A stretch of DNA of 64,000 nt. Source: Hypanus sabinus (lineage: Eukaryota). The position numbers and the translations under genes were made by a program. Shown here piece after piece: positions 12,006-25,177 of this stretch (within the stretch, counting starts at the first letter, position 1; each line of letters begins with the position of its first letter). Below the pieces are notes generated by a model, which worked only from the letters and a program-made list of their open reading frames with translations, made no database searches and was not told the origin of the DNA. Location of the stretch: positions 49,290,001 to 49,354,000 of the forward strand of contig NC_082719.1 in assembly GCF_030144855.1 (NCBI RefSeq), in the 5' to 3' direction.

Positions 12006-12316
12006 CACTCTTTTTATATCCATTTTGAAAGCTTTGGTAAGTGGAAAGCATAGAAAATTCACACAAAGAGTTGTTAGAATGACAGGTAAAGCTGACGAGA
12101 TTAGGGAACCTTTGTTAACAAGGGATATTGAGGGTCTGATCAAGAAAAAGGAGGAGACATACGTCAAGTACAGACTACCAGGACTAAACAAGTCCTTTGA
12201 AGATTATAAAGAATCTAGGAGTACACTTATGGTAGTTAGATGGGCAAAAAGGGGCCAGGCGATATTCCTCACTGAAAGGATAAAGGAAAATCCTATAAGA
12301 TTCTACAAGTATATTG

Positions 12317-12620
12317 GGGTGGCTCTGTAGTATAGTGTTAACAAAACAGTTTATAGAGTCAGCTGTAAGATCATGTTCAATTCCTGCCGCTATGGTAAAG
12401 AGTTTGTACGTTCTCCCTGTGACTTAATGAGTTTCCTCCTGGGGCTCTGGTTTTCCCTCACGTTCCAAAGCCGTATGGTTAATAATAGTGAGTTGTGGGT
12501 ATGCTGTGTTGGCATCAGAGGCATGGCAACACTTGAGGGTTGCCCAGCACGATCCTCATGTAAACAGCATATTTCACTGCAGGCTCTGATGTACCTGTGA
12601 TGAATAAAGCTCACTTTTAC
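12317..12620 (+). mobile_element. V-SINE (tRNA-derived)
   Basis: B-box GTTCAATTCC; V-core-like GAGTTTGTACGTTCTCCCTGTGAC...GTTTCCTCC; AATAAA tail; homologous to 15025-15325. Confidence 0.7.
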
Positions 12621-13004
12621 TCCTTAACCTTTACGAGAGTAAAAGGATAACTAAGAAGAAGCTAGATCTCCTTCAGGATCCACATGATAGTCTATATGTG
12701 GAGCCAGGAGAGATGGGAGAGGTCTTAAAAGATACTTTTCATCTGTATTTACCATGGAGAAAGTCATGAAAGCTGGTGAGTTCTGGGAAGAGAACAGTGA
12801 TATCCTGGAGCATATCAATATTATGTGAGAGGAGATGTTGGAAGCCCTGGAACTCTTAAATCTAGATAAATCACCTGAGCCTGACTAGTTCTATCCTAGA
12901 ATAACATTGGTCAACATACTAACCAAATGTAAATCACAAGTTCCAGTGGTATGCAGTTTAGTAGCAGAATCACACTTGAAAGAAGCAGAAGAAGTAGTTT
13001 TGTG

Positions 13005-13160
13005 AAAGAACTCAGCAGCTCAGACAGCATCCGTGGAAACGGACAGTCAACGTTTCGGGCTGAGACCTGACGAAGGATGCACAGATGCTGTCCGACCTGC
13101 TGAGTTCCTCTAGCTTGTTGTACGTGTTGCTTTGACCACAGCATCTGCAGTGTACTTTGT
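13005..13160. mobile_element. Palindromic Penelope-derived element with hammerhead-core remnants
   Basis: Inverted arms GAACTCAGCAG...CAGCATC / GATGCTG...CTGCTGAGTTC; CCCGAAACGTTGAC on (-) and CTGACGAAGG on (+). Confidence 0.6.
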
Positions 13161-14221
13161 GTTTACAAGTAGTTTTGTGAACTGTCTGTATGGCATCACC
13201 ATTGTCTAACATGCACAATGTGGTAAATGTTGACCAGATGGATGTCAGTAAGATCTTTGACAACGTCTTGCATGGTAGTCTGGCCAAGAAAGCTTAGAAC
13301 ACAAGCGATCCTTTGGGGGAGGGGTAGTCTGATAAGTAGGATATAGAATTGACTTGTTGGCAGGAGGCAAAGGGTAGCAGTGGAAGGCTGGTTTTCAGAT
13401 TGGAAATAACAATGCAGGGTGCTGGATCCACTGTTGTTTGCTATATATATTAACAACTTGGATGAGAAAGCAGGTGGCATAATCTGTAAGTTTGCTGGTG
13501 ACACAAAAATTGGTGGTATAATGGACAGTGAACAGTGTCCAACTCTTCTTACAAAGAAATATTGGTAAACTAGGCAAAGGAATGGTAAATAGAATTTAAC
13601 TCACATGAGTGTGAAGTAATAGATTTTGGAACGTTACACCAAGGCAGAACAAACCCTGTGAATGGCAGGCCTCTGGGGAGAATTGTTCAATAGTGAGACC
13701 TTGGACTGCATGAAGTGATAACATTCTGTAGGTAAACTGAGTGGTGAAGGTGGTGTATGGCACACTTGCCTAGAATAAGCTGCACTAGAGGGTGGTGGAG
13801 ACAGGAACAGTGATAACATTTAAAAGGCATCTGGACAGGTATTTGAATGAGCAAGGCATAGAGGGATATGGAATTAATGTAGGCAAATGTGATTAGTATG
13901 GATAAACCTGATGTCGGCATAGATGCTGTGTCTATTTCTATTGGCGTCACTTCTATTCCATTCCTATAATTCTATATTTATAGTCTTGGTTGTTTGTTGC
14001 TTTAAGAGTATCATCTTGAATCTATGACTCAAGTAATTGTATTTCCTGTAAGGAGCGTATAGAGCAGCTATTACAGTGAAAAGCAATTTCTCAGCCAAAT
14101 GTTCTTAACTGAGCAGAATCATTCTTTCGATTTAATTGAAAAATACTTGTTTTGCTTTTAAAGCACCTGAAATAGAATAGTTAATGGTGCAGGAGGAAAA
14201 TGTGAAATGCCGGGAGATCAT

Positions 14222-14315
14222 GAACACAAGAGATTCGGGAGGTACTGGAAATCCAGAACGACACACACAAAACGTTGGATCTGCTGAGTTCCTCCAGCAT
14301 TTTGTGTGTGTCATC
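14222..14315. mobile_element. Remnant of the same palindromic family
   Basis: ACAAGAGATTC...CTGGAAATCCAGA...ACACACAAAA facing CTGCTGAGTTCCTCCAGCATTTTGTGTGTG. Confidence 0.55.
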
Positions 14316-14689
14316 ATGCTGGGAGATCAGTAGGTACCAGAATCAACTTGGCAAGTCACAGTAAATGTAACTGTCAATAATAATGACAAAGGCAACAGGT
14401 CCTAGCTCAGGTTCTGTGTTATGAGAACCAGCAACATTTTCCATTTTGGAAAAGACAATGCCTGTGACTGAGTCACATTTATAACATGGCTATCAAAACC
14501 TCTTTAGCCTCTGCCTTCCGTCCTCACTTGTTACATTCATCACTCACTCTCAGGCAGTTTGAATAACCATGCCCAGCCCTTGAGAAGACATTACGGTGCT
14601 ACTAAACAATTATTTCATCTACTTAGCATATCACTTTGTTGGAGGCTATTCTTATGCTGGCAGTAAGAATAGCAAAGGGGAAATAACCC

Positions 14690-14960
14690 ATGATAGAACC
14701 AAAGGACACAGCCTCAGAATAGGATGTCCCTTTAGAACAGAGATAGAACATAGAACTGTATAGCACAATACCAGCCCTTTGGCCCATAATGTTGTGCTTA
14801 CCCTTTAACTTTTGATAGGTATTCAATTAGTAAGGATGCAAAAATATCATGGGGAGAAGACAAGAGAATGGTATGAAGAAGGAAAATGTATCAGTCATGA
14901 TTGAGGAAGATATGATGGGCAGATGGCCTAATTCTGCTCCTATATCTTATGATCCTATGG
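14690..14960 (+). mobile_element. CR1 3' end fragments
   Basis: Similar to 4680-4995 (CACAGCCTCAG, ATGGCCTAATTCTG, TCTTATG tail), with a short antisense CR1 tail inside. Confidence 0.65.
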
Positions 14961-15024
14961 CTCCTTCTATTGATGTGTTCTATATTTCTAGAGTTGAAGT
15001 AGGAACATAGGGAGTCAATATGCA

Positions 15025-15325
15025 TGGCATCATGGCAGTTCAGCAGTTAGTGCAATTGCTTCACAGCGCCAGTTAAGTTTCAATTCCTGCCACTGTGTGT
15101 AAGGAGCTTGGATGTTCTTGCTGTGACTGTGTAGGTTTCCTCCTACATTCTAAAGATGTATTGTTAGGGTTAGTAAGTTGTGGGCAATCTTGTTGGTGAC
15201 TGAAGCGTAGCGACACTTGTGGGCTTTCCCTACCACAATCCTTGTTGTTTAGATTGATGCAAACAAAGTGATTCACCGTATGCTTTGATGTTCATGTGAC
15301 AAATAAAGCTAATCAATAAATCTTC
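15025..15325 (+). mobile_element. V-SINE
   Basis: tRNA-like head, V-core-like GGAGCTTGGATGTTC...GGTTTCCTCC, tail GTGACAAATAAAGC. Confidence 0.7.
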
Positions 15326-16389
15326 AATTCTCCAAAATGCAGAATCGTCTATCTTAAGGAAATGTGAAAAGTGATTTATTCTGGCTGGAAGATACAAGGA
15401 ATAAAACAAATGCGCAGTGTTGGCTTGGTTGTTCTCCCAGTTCCAGTGGTGCACAGCCAAAATTGATGAGGCTGGAGGGTGTGAAGCACGACATAGAAGG
15501 GACATTAGGGTGCAAGCCCTGACCGTTAGGGTGAATTCAGTGATGCATCTGTCAGCCTTTGTCTATGCACCCAACAAATCAGAATCTCTACATTTCAGCT
15601 TAGGGAAGCTACTGCATACAAAGTCAATACTCACAGCTCACATCAAAGGAATACAAGGTCATGAATAACGTGTTCAGCGTGTTGAGCCTGCCTCACCATC
15701 GGTTTATATCTTAGATGGCCTATAATTCAGCTTCATTCCCTGACCTTTGATACAATCTCATGATAGCCTTAATAAAAATCTGTCAGTCACAGTACACAGC
15801 TAAACATTTGGGAAACATACTGCCAACTACGTGAGTTCTACAGCGATCATTTCCACTACTCAGCCGAAAGTTGCATCCAGAGGCATTGCCATATAGGCAC
15901 AAACTATGCAGCTGAAAAAAAATCACCAGAATTCTGACCTAAGTTAATGACATGTGTAATTAAAATACATATAAGTTTCCTTTATCATTTACAGGCATAT
16001 ATCCACCCACAAAGCTGTTTACACCCTCCTGCCTTACACAACAGTCTCCTTCAAGGCTGCTTGCTCTGAAGTTCTGCATATTGCAACACACTGTTTTAGA
16101 TGAGTTATTATTTGCACAAAGACCTATTTTGTCTTGATTATTATTAATAATTTGTGTGGCTTAACAAATGCAGAGTTTTTCCAATTCAAACCTGATAAGG
16201 AAGCAGCAAGGCTGTGTTTTGTACTATCCATGGGAACTTTATTTCTCCTAATTTCAGTAGTTTTGACCCATTTTCATTTAAGTGTGTAAGAACACTATTG
16301 GACAGATAACCAGCATCAGAAAGCTCATGTGATTTAATTGAAGCTTGAGACCAAATTCCAGGTTGATTCTGTTATATTCCCTGAAATCC

Positions 16390-16760
16390 AGAAGAATGAG
16401 AGGCAACCTTATCGAAGTGTTTAAAATTATGAGACCAGCTGGTGGGGGGATGTCCTATCCCTAGGACAGGGGAGTCCAAAACAATGGGGGCATAGGTTTA
16501 GGGTGAGAAGGGAAAGGTTTGAAAGAGACATGAATGGCAACTTTTTCACGCAGAGGGTGATGAGTATATGGAATGTGCTGCCAGAGGAAGTAGCTGAAGC
16601 AAGTATAGTAGTAACATTTAAGAAGGACTTTAATAGGTATCTGGATGAGTGAGAATTAGGGAGATATGGTCAGTGGCAGAAAATTGGAACTTGCTGGATG
16701 GGCACCATGGTCAGTGCGGACTGGTTGGGCCCCAGGGTTGGTATTATTGCTCTATGAATC
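16390..16760 (+). mobile_element. CR1 3' fragment
   Basis: Translates to RMRGNLIEVFKIMR...FFTQRVMSIWNVLPEEV, followed by a CR1 UTR. Confidence 0.75.
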
Positions 16761-17547
16761 AATGAAGAAGCTTCATTTCCCCGTCAGCATAAATCCAACT
16801 GCTCATATCAGGAAGTAGTCCAATGCTCTCCACTAATGCAGTGAGTTTAGAAAACTAGTACTCTGTTATCTTCTCTGGGACCTGGAATCGGGTTGAAGTG
16901 ATGGATCAGAAGCTCTTTGAGCTTTGAGGTTTAGATGGGTGCCTGGAAAGCTTGCATGAAGCTGCATGTATTGAAGAACACCTAACCTGACAACATTTTG
17001 CACTGAAACTAAGTAGAAAGAAAACTACAATCCATTCATAGTATTCCCAACCATTACTTGGACAAACGTGCAAAAATACCCCTTTTTTGTTTTGTAACAA
17101 CTCTTCTTTTGCCTCTTCACTTTTTTACAGATTGCTGTATCTTAAATCTCTGATTGTGACTGAAAATAACAGCCTGATGCCTGATCACTGTTTTTTTCTC
17201 ATAAGGCTTGAAAAAAACTGGTTAAATCCCAAAGCACTGAGAACTTGTACTCCCCAAGTGTTTTGCAAATGACCATAAAGTATAGGATTCTTGAGTTCCT
17301 TTTTCTTAAATCTTAACAATTTTGTTAAAATAGCAAAGTAGCCTCTCCTGTTATCACAGACTCCTGCTGTCAGGGTATGAATCAATTATTTTATTTTTCA
17401 AGTGCTGATTTGTGGGCTTTGCGCTGTCTGTGTAATTTGCTACAAATACTTAGCATCATAAAATTGGATGCATCAACACAATGAAAACTACTAAAGACAG
17501 CAGTAACATCTAGCAATCACATCAATTCTTCAAGAAACATCTCTGAG

Positions 17548-17797
17548 GCAATGAATATTGTGTTTAATATTTCAGTAATAGTTGAGTAATATTATAAATA
17601 TTGTTTGATTAAGCATTCTCATTCATTTAAATAATTCACTACAGGTTATATGTAAAAATATGTGAATTGCATATGTCATGATGCTACCTCGTGATAAAGG
17701 TGTGACTCACAAGAAGAACAAAGACCTGCATCTCCTGGGCTTTGTCTTTTTATTGCAATTACAGTAGTTTTTATGTTTTGAGGTTACAAAACATAAC
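17548..17797 (+). repeat. Possible degraded solo LTR
   Basis: LTR-like size and an ending in ...CAAAACATAAC; no clean TG start or TSD found. Confidence 0.25.
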
Positions 17798-18434
17798 GCT
17801 GACCTCTGTTCCTTCACTCATTTAAGATGAATGAGAATTTGTAGAGATCCACCCCCCCCAAAAAAAAAGCCTGTGTTTGAATCATAATTTTATGCATGTT
17901 TTTACCATTATTCTTTTATGCCATTTTATAGTTTTTGTTAATAAAATCATTAAAATTAACTTGAACTACTATCCACGGCTTAGACCAGCTATGTGCTCAT
18001 TGTTAGTCAGTAGAAACTCAAGCAGAGTCTAAAGCAAAAATCAGATGCTTTGCTCTTTCAGAGTTTTAAATATACCCATAGCTCACGGAGAGACAAGGCA
18101 TTGAAATATGAGTTCACACAGTTCATGTTCAGTCTACCTGGAACCTTAGCTGCTTTACCACTATGCTTTCCCACCCTTGCCGACCTTTCAAGACTCTGCC
18201 ACAGAAATCAACATCAGCCATGAGCATTTGTTGAGCCAAAGGTGACTGGTCCTGGGTTCCCACTCCCCGGAATTTAAATGTCTTGTAATTAGAAGCTTTT
18301 CAAAAGTAGTTCAAATGGATGGAAACAAAATAAAAGATTAACAAGTATGAAAATCTAACCAATCTTTTACTACTGAAATAACTTCAAATATCAGATGAAG
18401 TACAGTAAAAGAGCTGCTTGTTTCTTAGAGTCAT

Positions 18435-18836
18435 TGTCAGAATCAGAGACTTGGCTGTGCTGCTGAATTGGCAATTGAGCTCATGAATGTGTGCATGTCA
18501 GCTAATCAGTATCTCATTATGGTGGCATTTAACTCCCTCTTTTCGTTGTAGCACTTGAGCAAAGCACAGCAACGTTATGCTGCCTGCTTGCATTCGGCCT
18601 TGCCTGAGAAAGTGGACTAGCTGGTCGACCGATGCTGAAGCCTCGCATTATTTGATTTATATTTAGATATTCCTTTCAGCTGCCGTGGTGGCATCTAGTT
18701 TTCTGTTTACGAGTTTTAGTTAACAGCCCTGTTTGACCTAGTATATTTTTCCCTTTAAAATCCTGTTCGAAGTCTGAACTATCGACCTGCCTCAATGTCT
18801 CTCTCTGCACACGAGCCATTACTGAGCGAACTGACA
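18435..18836 (+). repeat. 5' LTR of the Sushi-like element
   Basis: Diverged direct repeat (about 80% by eye) of 23034-23463. Confidence 0.85.
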
Positions 18837-21800
18837 GCAAGTCTCAACCACACAAAGATGTACAGAGCAGCTGACCTTGGCCCTGAGACTCTTTGATCAG
18901 GTATGGGACAAGCTACAGGCAATTTAGTCTGTTCTGGGTGAAGTTTCTAAAGGAATGAGGCAGATAATCTTGTGCTGACAAATCCAGTCTCACCTAGAAC
19001 AACAGGCATCATTCTTCACAGCAACTGTTTGCCAGTTCACCACAAACCATCAGTCAGGTGTGTATGATTTCTGCTCTCAGAGCCACCATCCACATATTCA
19101 CTGCAGACAGTAAGCATCCCTTTATCGCCATTAGCGTTCTTGCCAATGCAAATCAGCAGCCTCGGGCCATGTCAGCCCCACTCCCAGCAAATCGCAGGCC
19201 CTCCTTTCCTGCTGCGCCGACAGTCTCTGCCACTACTGCTCACAATCCTGTGCTCAGTCCAGAAATGACTCCTGCTTTCAAACTATCACGATCTCCTGTG
19301 TCTGTACAAGAACCGGGCAGACATACTGGTGATCCCGAAGGCTGCAGAAATTTTACTGCCCAATGTGAGCTGACATTCCAAGCCCAGCCTGCTCATTTTG
19401 GTGATGATGTGTGAAAATGGACCCCCACTCAGCCTGTTCAACACCTTACGGGAGCAAGGACACACCACAGCACAGTCTTTCTGACATTTTGTTGCAGAGA
19501 TAGGGAGGGTTTTCGGCTTTCCAGTGTGGGGTCAGGAGGCTGACACCTGACTCCTGGACCTGTGCCAAGGTCGAGGAATGGTGAAGATTTACACAATCAA
19601 ATTCTGCATGCTTGAAGTAGAGATGGGTTGGAATGAGAGATCTCTCATCATTGCCTTCTAGCGAGGACTGAACAGAGGAGTCTGGTACAAAATTGCTGTC
19701 CATGACAAACAGGATCGGCTGGATGACTTGATTAATCTGGCTATTCAAGTTGACGACCAAGTAACTGGGTGATGCAGGGAAAGAATGTCTCAAGTTTCCT
19801 ACACCCTGTCTGATCAGTGTCTTTCCTCGACCTCTCCCTCCTAACACAGCACCCAGTCCACGGAGGAGCCTATACCAGTGGGGGTCATGTGGCTGTCTCA
19901 GGAGAAGTGAGAGTGGCGCAGGAGAACGGCATCCTGCCTCTGTCATGGTGATCCAGGACATTTCCAGGTGGCATGTCCCAAGCATCCGGTAAAAGAGGAT
20001 ACCCGTCAGCAGGGTGGGGAATCTTGCCGGGTGGGTTCTCTCTTCGGTCACCTTCCCCTAATTGTGTTATACTCATAGCTTCCTCATCGTGGACGACTCA
20101 AACCCATGAACTTGAAGCATTTATCCACTCCAGAGCAACGTGGACGTATCTGCAGCTCAAAGACAGGGAGTTCCGACTCGGCAATTAAGAGAAAACGTCG
20201 ATGTCAAGGCCCTGGATGATCAGTCTCTGGGCACTGGCCAGTTCCACCTTTCCAGCCAACCCCTCAAACTTGTGCTCAAAGGCAACCATAGTGAAGAACT
20301 CTCCTTCCATCTGGTTGATTCGCCTGAACTGCCACTGGTGCTTGATCTTCCCTAGTTATCTCAACATAACCCACGGATCGAATATTCTGATTTTCTTGAG
20401 GCCTTCAGTAAAAGGAATGCCACCTCGCTGCCTCTTTACTGGCCATATGACTGTGCCATAGACCTCCTACCTGGCACTAGTCCTCCCCGGCTCTGGTTCT
20501 TTTCCCTCTCTCATCCTGAAACAATGGCCATGGAGGAATACATCGAGGGGGCAATGGCCATGGGTTTATCCATCCATCAACCTCACCAACAGGAGCAGGT
20601 TTCTTTTTTGTGAGCCAGAAAGATGGCAAGCTCTGTCCCTGCATCGATTAATGGCCCCAGAATAATATCACTGTGAAGAAACTCTGTCCTCTTTCCCTGC
20701 TGGTGTCTGCATTTGAATATCTCCAAGGAGCAACCATTTTTTTCCCCTAAATTGGTCTGTGTAATGCTTACAAACTTGTTTGTATGAGATAATGGGATGA
20801 GTGGAAGACAGTTTTCAATACCCCTAACAGCCTGTATGAGTACCTTGTGATGCCCTTTGGTCTCACCTATGTCCACACTGTTTTCCAGGTCTTAGTTAAC
20901 AATGTGCTCAGGGACATGTTGAACTAGTCTGTTGTTGTGTATTTAGATGTCATCCTTATCTATTCCTGCTCTTATCAGGAACATATCCAGCATATCCGCA
21001 GAGTTTTCAGACAGCTCCTCCAAAATTACCTGTACGACAATCCCATAAGGACCAGGTGTTGATTATGGGCCATCCAGTGTTCAAATAAAACCTAGTAAAG
21101 CTCAGTCAGTTACAGAGTGACTCAGACCCAATAGATACAATATGGAGTTTGCGAACTTTTATCGCTGCTTCGTCCAGAATTACGGCTCTATCACGCCTCC
21201 CATCAATGCACTCATCCAGAAATCCTCTGCTGGATTCCATTGGATGGACCATGCCGACATAGCATTTTTGGAGTTAAAACAGTGTTTTGCTCCTGCCCCA
21301 TGCTGCAAAACACAGACCCATCATGGCCATTCATAGTCGAGAAGGATGCATCAGATCTGTACCTCCTCAGTGTTCTTCTGTCAATAACCAACTGCACCCT
21401 TGTCCCTTTCTTTCCCATTGCTTGACTCCAACCAAGAGTAATTACGATGTTGGGAACTGGGAACTTCTGGCTGTTAAGGAGGCCTTGGGGGAATGATGAC
21501 ACTGGCTGGAAGGGGAAGAGCATTCTTTCTTGGTTTGAACAAATCACAAAAATCTCTCTTACATTCAGGATGGGTTCTCGTCTTCACTTGGTTTAATTCC
21601 ATCCACACATATCCCAGCACAAGAATATCAAGGTCAACGCCCTCTCCTGGCAGCTTGATGGATCTGAGGACAATATCAATGCAGAGCTCATCCTTCATTG
21701 CTCATGCATTGCTGCCCTGGTGATCTGGGCAATAGAGGACCATCTAACATTTGGATCCAGGCCCGAGTGGGGGACATCCCAACTGACTGGTTGCCCTGCT

Positions 21801-23033
21801 ATGTTGCACTCCAAAGTGTTGGAATGGGATCACTCTCCCATCTAGCTGGTCATCCAGAAATTCAAAGGACCCAGGAGTTTATTAAAAGACATGGTAGCCA
21901 TGACTTCGTATCTGCCTGTCACACCCACACACAGAACAAGACATCACGCTGGTGCCCTGTGGATCTGCTACGACTGCTGCCTGTGCCTCACTGCCCCTGG
22001 TCCCGTCTTGGTGGATTTCATCACTAGTCTGCCCTCATCGAATGGAAACACTACCATTTTAGTCATTGTGGACCAATTTACCGAGGCTGCCCACTTCACT
22101 GCTCTCCCTAAGCTCCTGTCTGCTCAAGAGACTGCCATACTCATTGTTCAACACATGTTCAGGCTCCACAGCTTCTTTCCAGACATAGCGTCTGATCGTG
22201 AACCACAGTTTACTTCCCGCTTTTGGAAGGCTTTCTGCCTACTTGTAGGAGCCACGGCCACCTCTAGTCTGGTCTCCACCCCCAATCCAATGACCAGACT
22301 GAGAGTGAATCAGGAGTTGGAGACAACCCTTCTCTGCCTTGTTTCTTTCAACCCCATGTCCGAGAGCTCCTAATTGGTTTGGGCAGAGACCAGCCACAAT
22401 AACCTCCAGTCGTCCTCCACAGTTATAACCCCTTTGAATGCCAGAAGGGATTCCAGCCCCCACTCTTCCCTGACCAGGAGATTGATGTAGGAGTTCCTGC
22501 TGTTGAGCAGCCGATCCAGCGCTACAGGCACACCTGGAGAAGAGCTAGCACTTCTCTGCTGTGTGCCCAGAAACACCATTCCCGGCAGGCTGATCAGCTC
22601 CTACAAGTGAGACCTTTCAAGTCAGGAGAGGAGGTCTGGTTGGCATCAAGGGATCTTTCCCTGAAAATTGAGCAGCGCCAATTGGCTCTGAACTACATGG
22701 GACCATTTGAAGTGGAAAAGGCTGTCAACAAGATCTCGTGTAGATTGCATCTACTAGCATCAATGAAGATCCACCCAGTGTTCCATATTTACCAGCTCAA
22801 GCCAGTTACTATCAGTCCCCTGGCCAAAGTCACTCTACCACCCCTTCTTCCCTGGACATTATTGTACAGGACCTCCAGGCATCTTGCTAGGTATGTGGTG
22901 CACGGCACAGTACCTTGTAGATTTGGAAGTGCATGCTCCTGAAGAACATTCTTGGATCCGGGCAAAGGACATCGTGGGCAAGATGCTCAGGTCTGTGGAG
23001 CCTCAGAAGCTGTGCCTCGGGAAGGGGGAGCTC

Positions 23034-23463
23034 TGTCACAACCATGGACTCAGCAACACAGCTGATTTGGCAATTGCACTCGTGAATATGCATGAGTCAG
23101 CTAATTATTACTTTATTATGACTGTACTTAACTCCTTTCTTTTCATTGCAGTGCTTGTGAAGACTTGAGCAAAGCACGGCAATGTTACGGTACCTGCTTG
23201 CATTCCGCCTGAGAAAGTCAACTATCAAGTCAACTGACACTGAAGACTAGCAATATTCATTTTAGATCGATATTCCTTTCAGCTGCATTGTTGGCATTTA
23301 GTTTTTCTGTTTAAGAGCTTTAAAAAACTGCCCTGATTAGTCTAGCTTTTGTTTTTTCTTTTAAAATCCTATTCACATTAAAGTCTGTGAACTGTCGACC
23401 TGCTTCAGTGTCTCTCTCTCTCTCTCTCTCTCTGCACTTGGGCCATATCTGAGCGAACTGACA
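23034..23463 (+). repeat. 3' LTR of the Sushi-like element, with an expanded (CT)n
   Basis: Follows the PPT and shares both termini with the 5' LTR. Confidence 0.85.
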
Positions 23464-24960
23464 GGTATAGAGCACTACAGCACAGAAACAGGTCCTTAGG
23501 AGCCATTTTCCTTGTAATTAAGGTAGTCAACCTCATTCTAGTAAAAAGAGATACAGTGGATTGAACTCCTCATCTCCTAAAACCAGGCCAACTTTAGATC
23601 CAATCTGTCAAACTGTTCTGAATCATATGGGATCTTATTTTTTGGATTAATCTCTTATGTGGGACCTCATCAAGACTTGACCAAAATCTATGTGAACTAC
23701 ATCTAGCTATGTTGCCCTCAGCAATACATTAAATCAAATTGGACAGATGGGATTTTATCCTAATAATATGCTAATCAATCCTTGGTTCCCCAAGTGAAGA
23801 TCAATCGTGTCTCTCAACATTCCTTCCAAAGTCTGTAATGGCATGTGAGAACAAATTTCTGGCCTATTATCTGGAAATAAATAAGACATCACACAAGGAA
23901 AATTCTATCTAAGGTAGAAAGGCCATCCCCAAGTAATTTTCGATTTGTAACCAATGGTCAGGTATAACAGGATAGACTGAGCTTGCCTGAGGCTGGTGAT
24001 TCTTACAGGCAAGATTGTAACTAAGAAAGGATATGACTCTTTGGGGACTGACATAAGAGGCAATCTGAGAGTGGAGAATAGAAAAAAATGTTAATTTTAC
24101 TGAGTCACATTAACCATGGAAGGCTGATTGTAACATACGCATGCGACTTTCCAAAGACCTATACAAAGTAAACGTCTGTGCGTGGGAGAGGTCTATCGAT
24201 CTGCTAAGTAATGGATTGACAGATGTGTATTTGCTATCATTCTGCTGAACAATTGACAGGGGCATGCATGCAATCTTGCCACATTCTTGATAGGGTTAAC
24301 AACTTTTTTCTTCTTGGGTATGAATATCCCAAATGAAATCAACACTAATAAAACACTAAAAAATACTTCTGTAATGGACTTTTCAATCTCACTGGTCTGT
24401 AAACAGTTCTTATTGAATTATTATTGAGCAGGTTGCCCTAAACCTGTATTTCATGAAATTCTGCTGGAGCCAGCACTCCAAGTGCACTGATTTGCCTTCA
24501 CTGAGTTCTGTGACTTTCTGGGACCTCAGACACAATCTCACATATGTTACTCCCAACAGAGGGTTTCAGCCTGAAATAGCAACTGTGTATTCCAAAAGCT
24601 GAAGATGCTCTTGTGTTTACAATGACACATCGATGTACCAACTTCTTGGCTCCTGAACTTCAAGATCATGGGACTTCTCCAACTCTGCAAGGATCATCTG
24701 CTTTTCTGGATTATCTGGATTGGGCACATAAATTACTTAGAGTACAAGTGTTCTGATGTTGCACTGCCGTCATGACAGATCCCACCTGGCAACTTACTGC
24801 GAGGAACACTTGGCTGTAACCACAGAGCATCTCCTTAGAGAAAGGGCATACCTAATTTGGACAATATCCTTCAGCAGCCTCTACAGGTCTCCTTTTCAAC
24901 ACTCTCTCATTCTTGTCCCTTCATTGCATCATCTAATTATTCATTAGCCAACAGTCTCCT

Positions 24961-25177
24961 TGCGGTGAACTACGTGTGCCTGTCTGGACACGCCCCCTGC
25001 TGACTGCTCCTGTGGCTCCTCCCACAGGCCCCTGTATAAAGGCGATCAGAGCCTGGGGCCGGTCTCTCAGTCTCCAGGATGTAGTATGGTGGTCACTCAC
25101 TGCTGGTTCCTTCTTCCAGTCAATAAAAGCCGATATCTCGCCTTTACGTCTCAGAGTGAGTTATTGATGGTGCATCA
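24961..25177 (+). mobile_element. Solo LTR (family of 51834-54173), TSD CTCCT
   Basis: TG...CATCA; TATAAA at 25035, AATAAA at 25122; CTCCT at 24956-24960 and 25178-25182. Confidence 0.93.

Larger units (their letters stand above)
12010..13960 (+). mobile_element. Old CR1 ORF2 fragments interrupted by a V-SINE and a palindromic element
   Basis: IKENPIRFYKYI (11998..12330), then FSSVFT/SPEPD-like, DFDxVxH and KFAGDTK-like motifs, and a CR1-type 3' UTR. Confidence 0.7.
18435..23463 (+). mobile_element. Old Ty3/Gypsy chromovirus (Sushi-like), full-length, heavily decayed
   Basis: LTRs 18435-18836 and 23034-23463 (TGTCA...GAGCGAACTGACA). gag GDPEGCRNFTAQCELTF and a CCHC remnant near 19935; [11 protein letters not shown] at ~20940; FANFYRCF; integrase DFITSLPSS...SDREPQFTSRFW; chromodomain YLVDLEVHAPEEHSWI; PPT GGGAAGGGGGAG. 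Flanks GTCAT/GGTAT match only 3/5. Confidence 0.88.

Noticed and set aside
19058-19414. Domesticated PEG10/RTL-like gene
   Set aside because: It lies between LTRs in a provirus with many stops and frameshifts.
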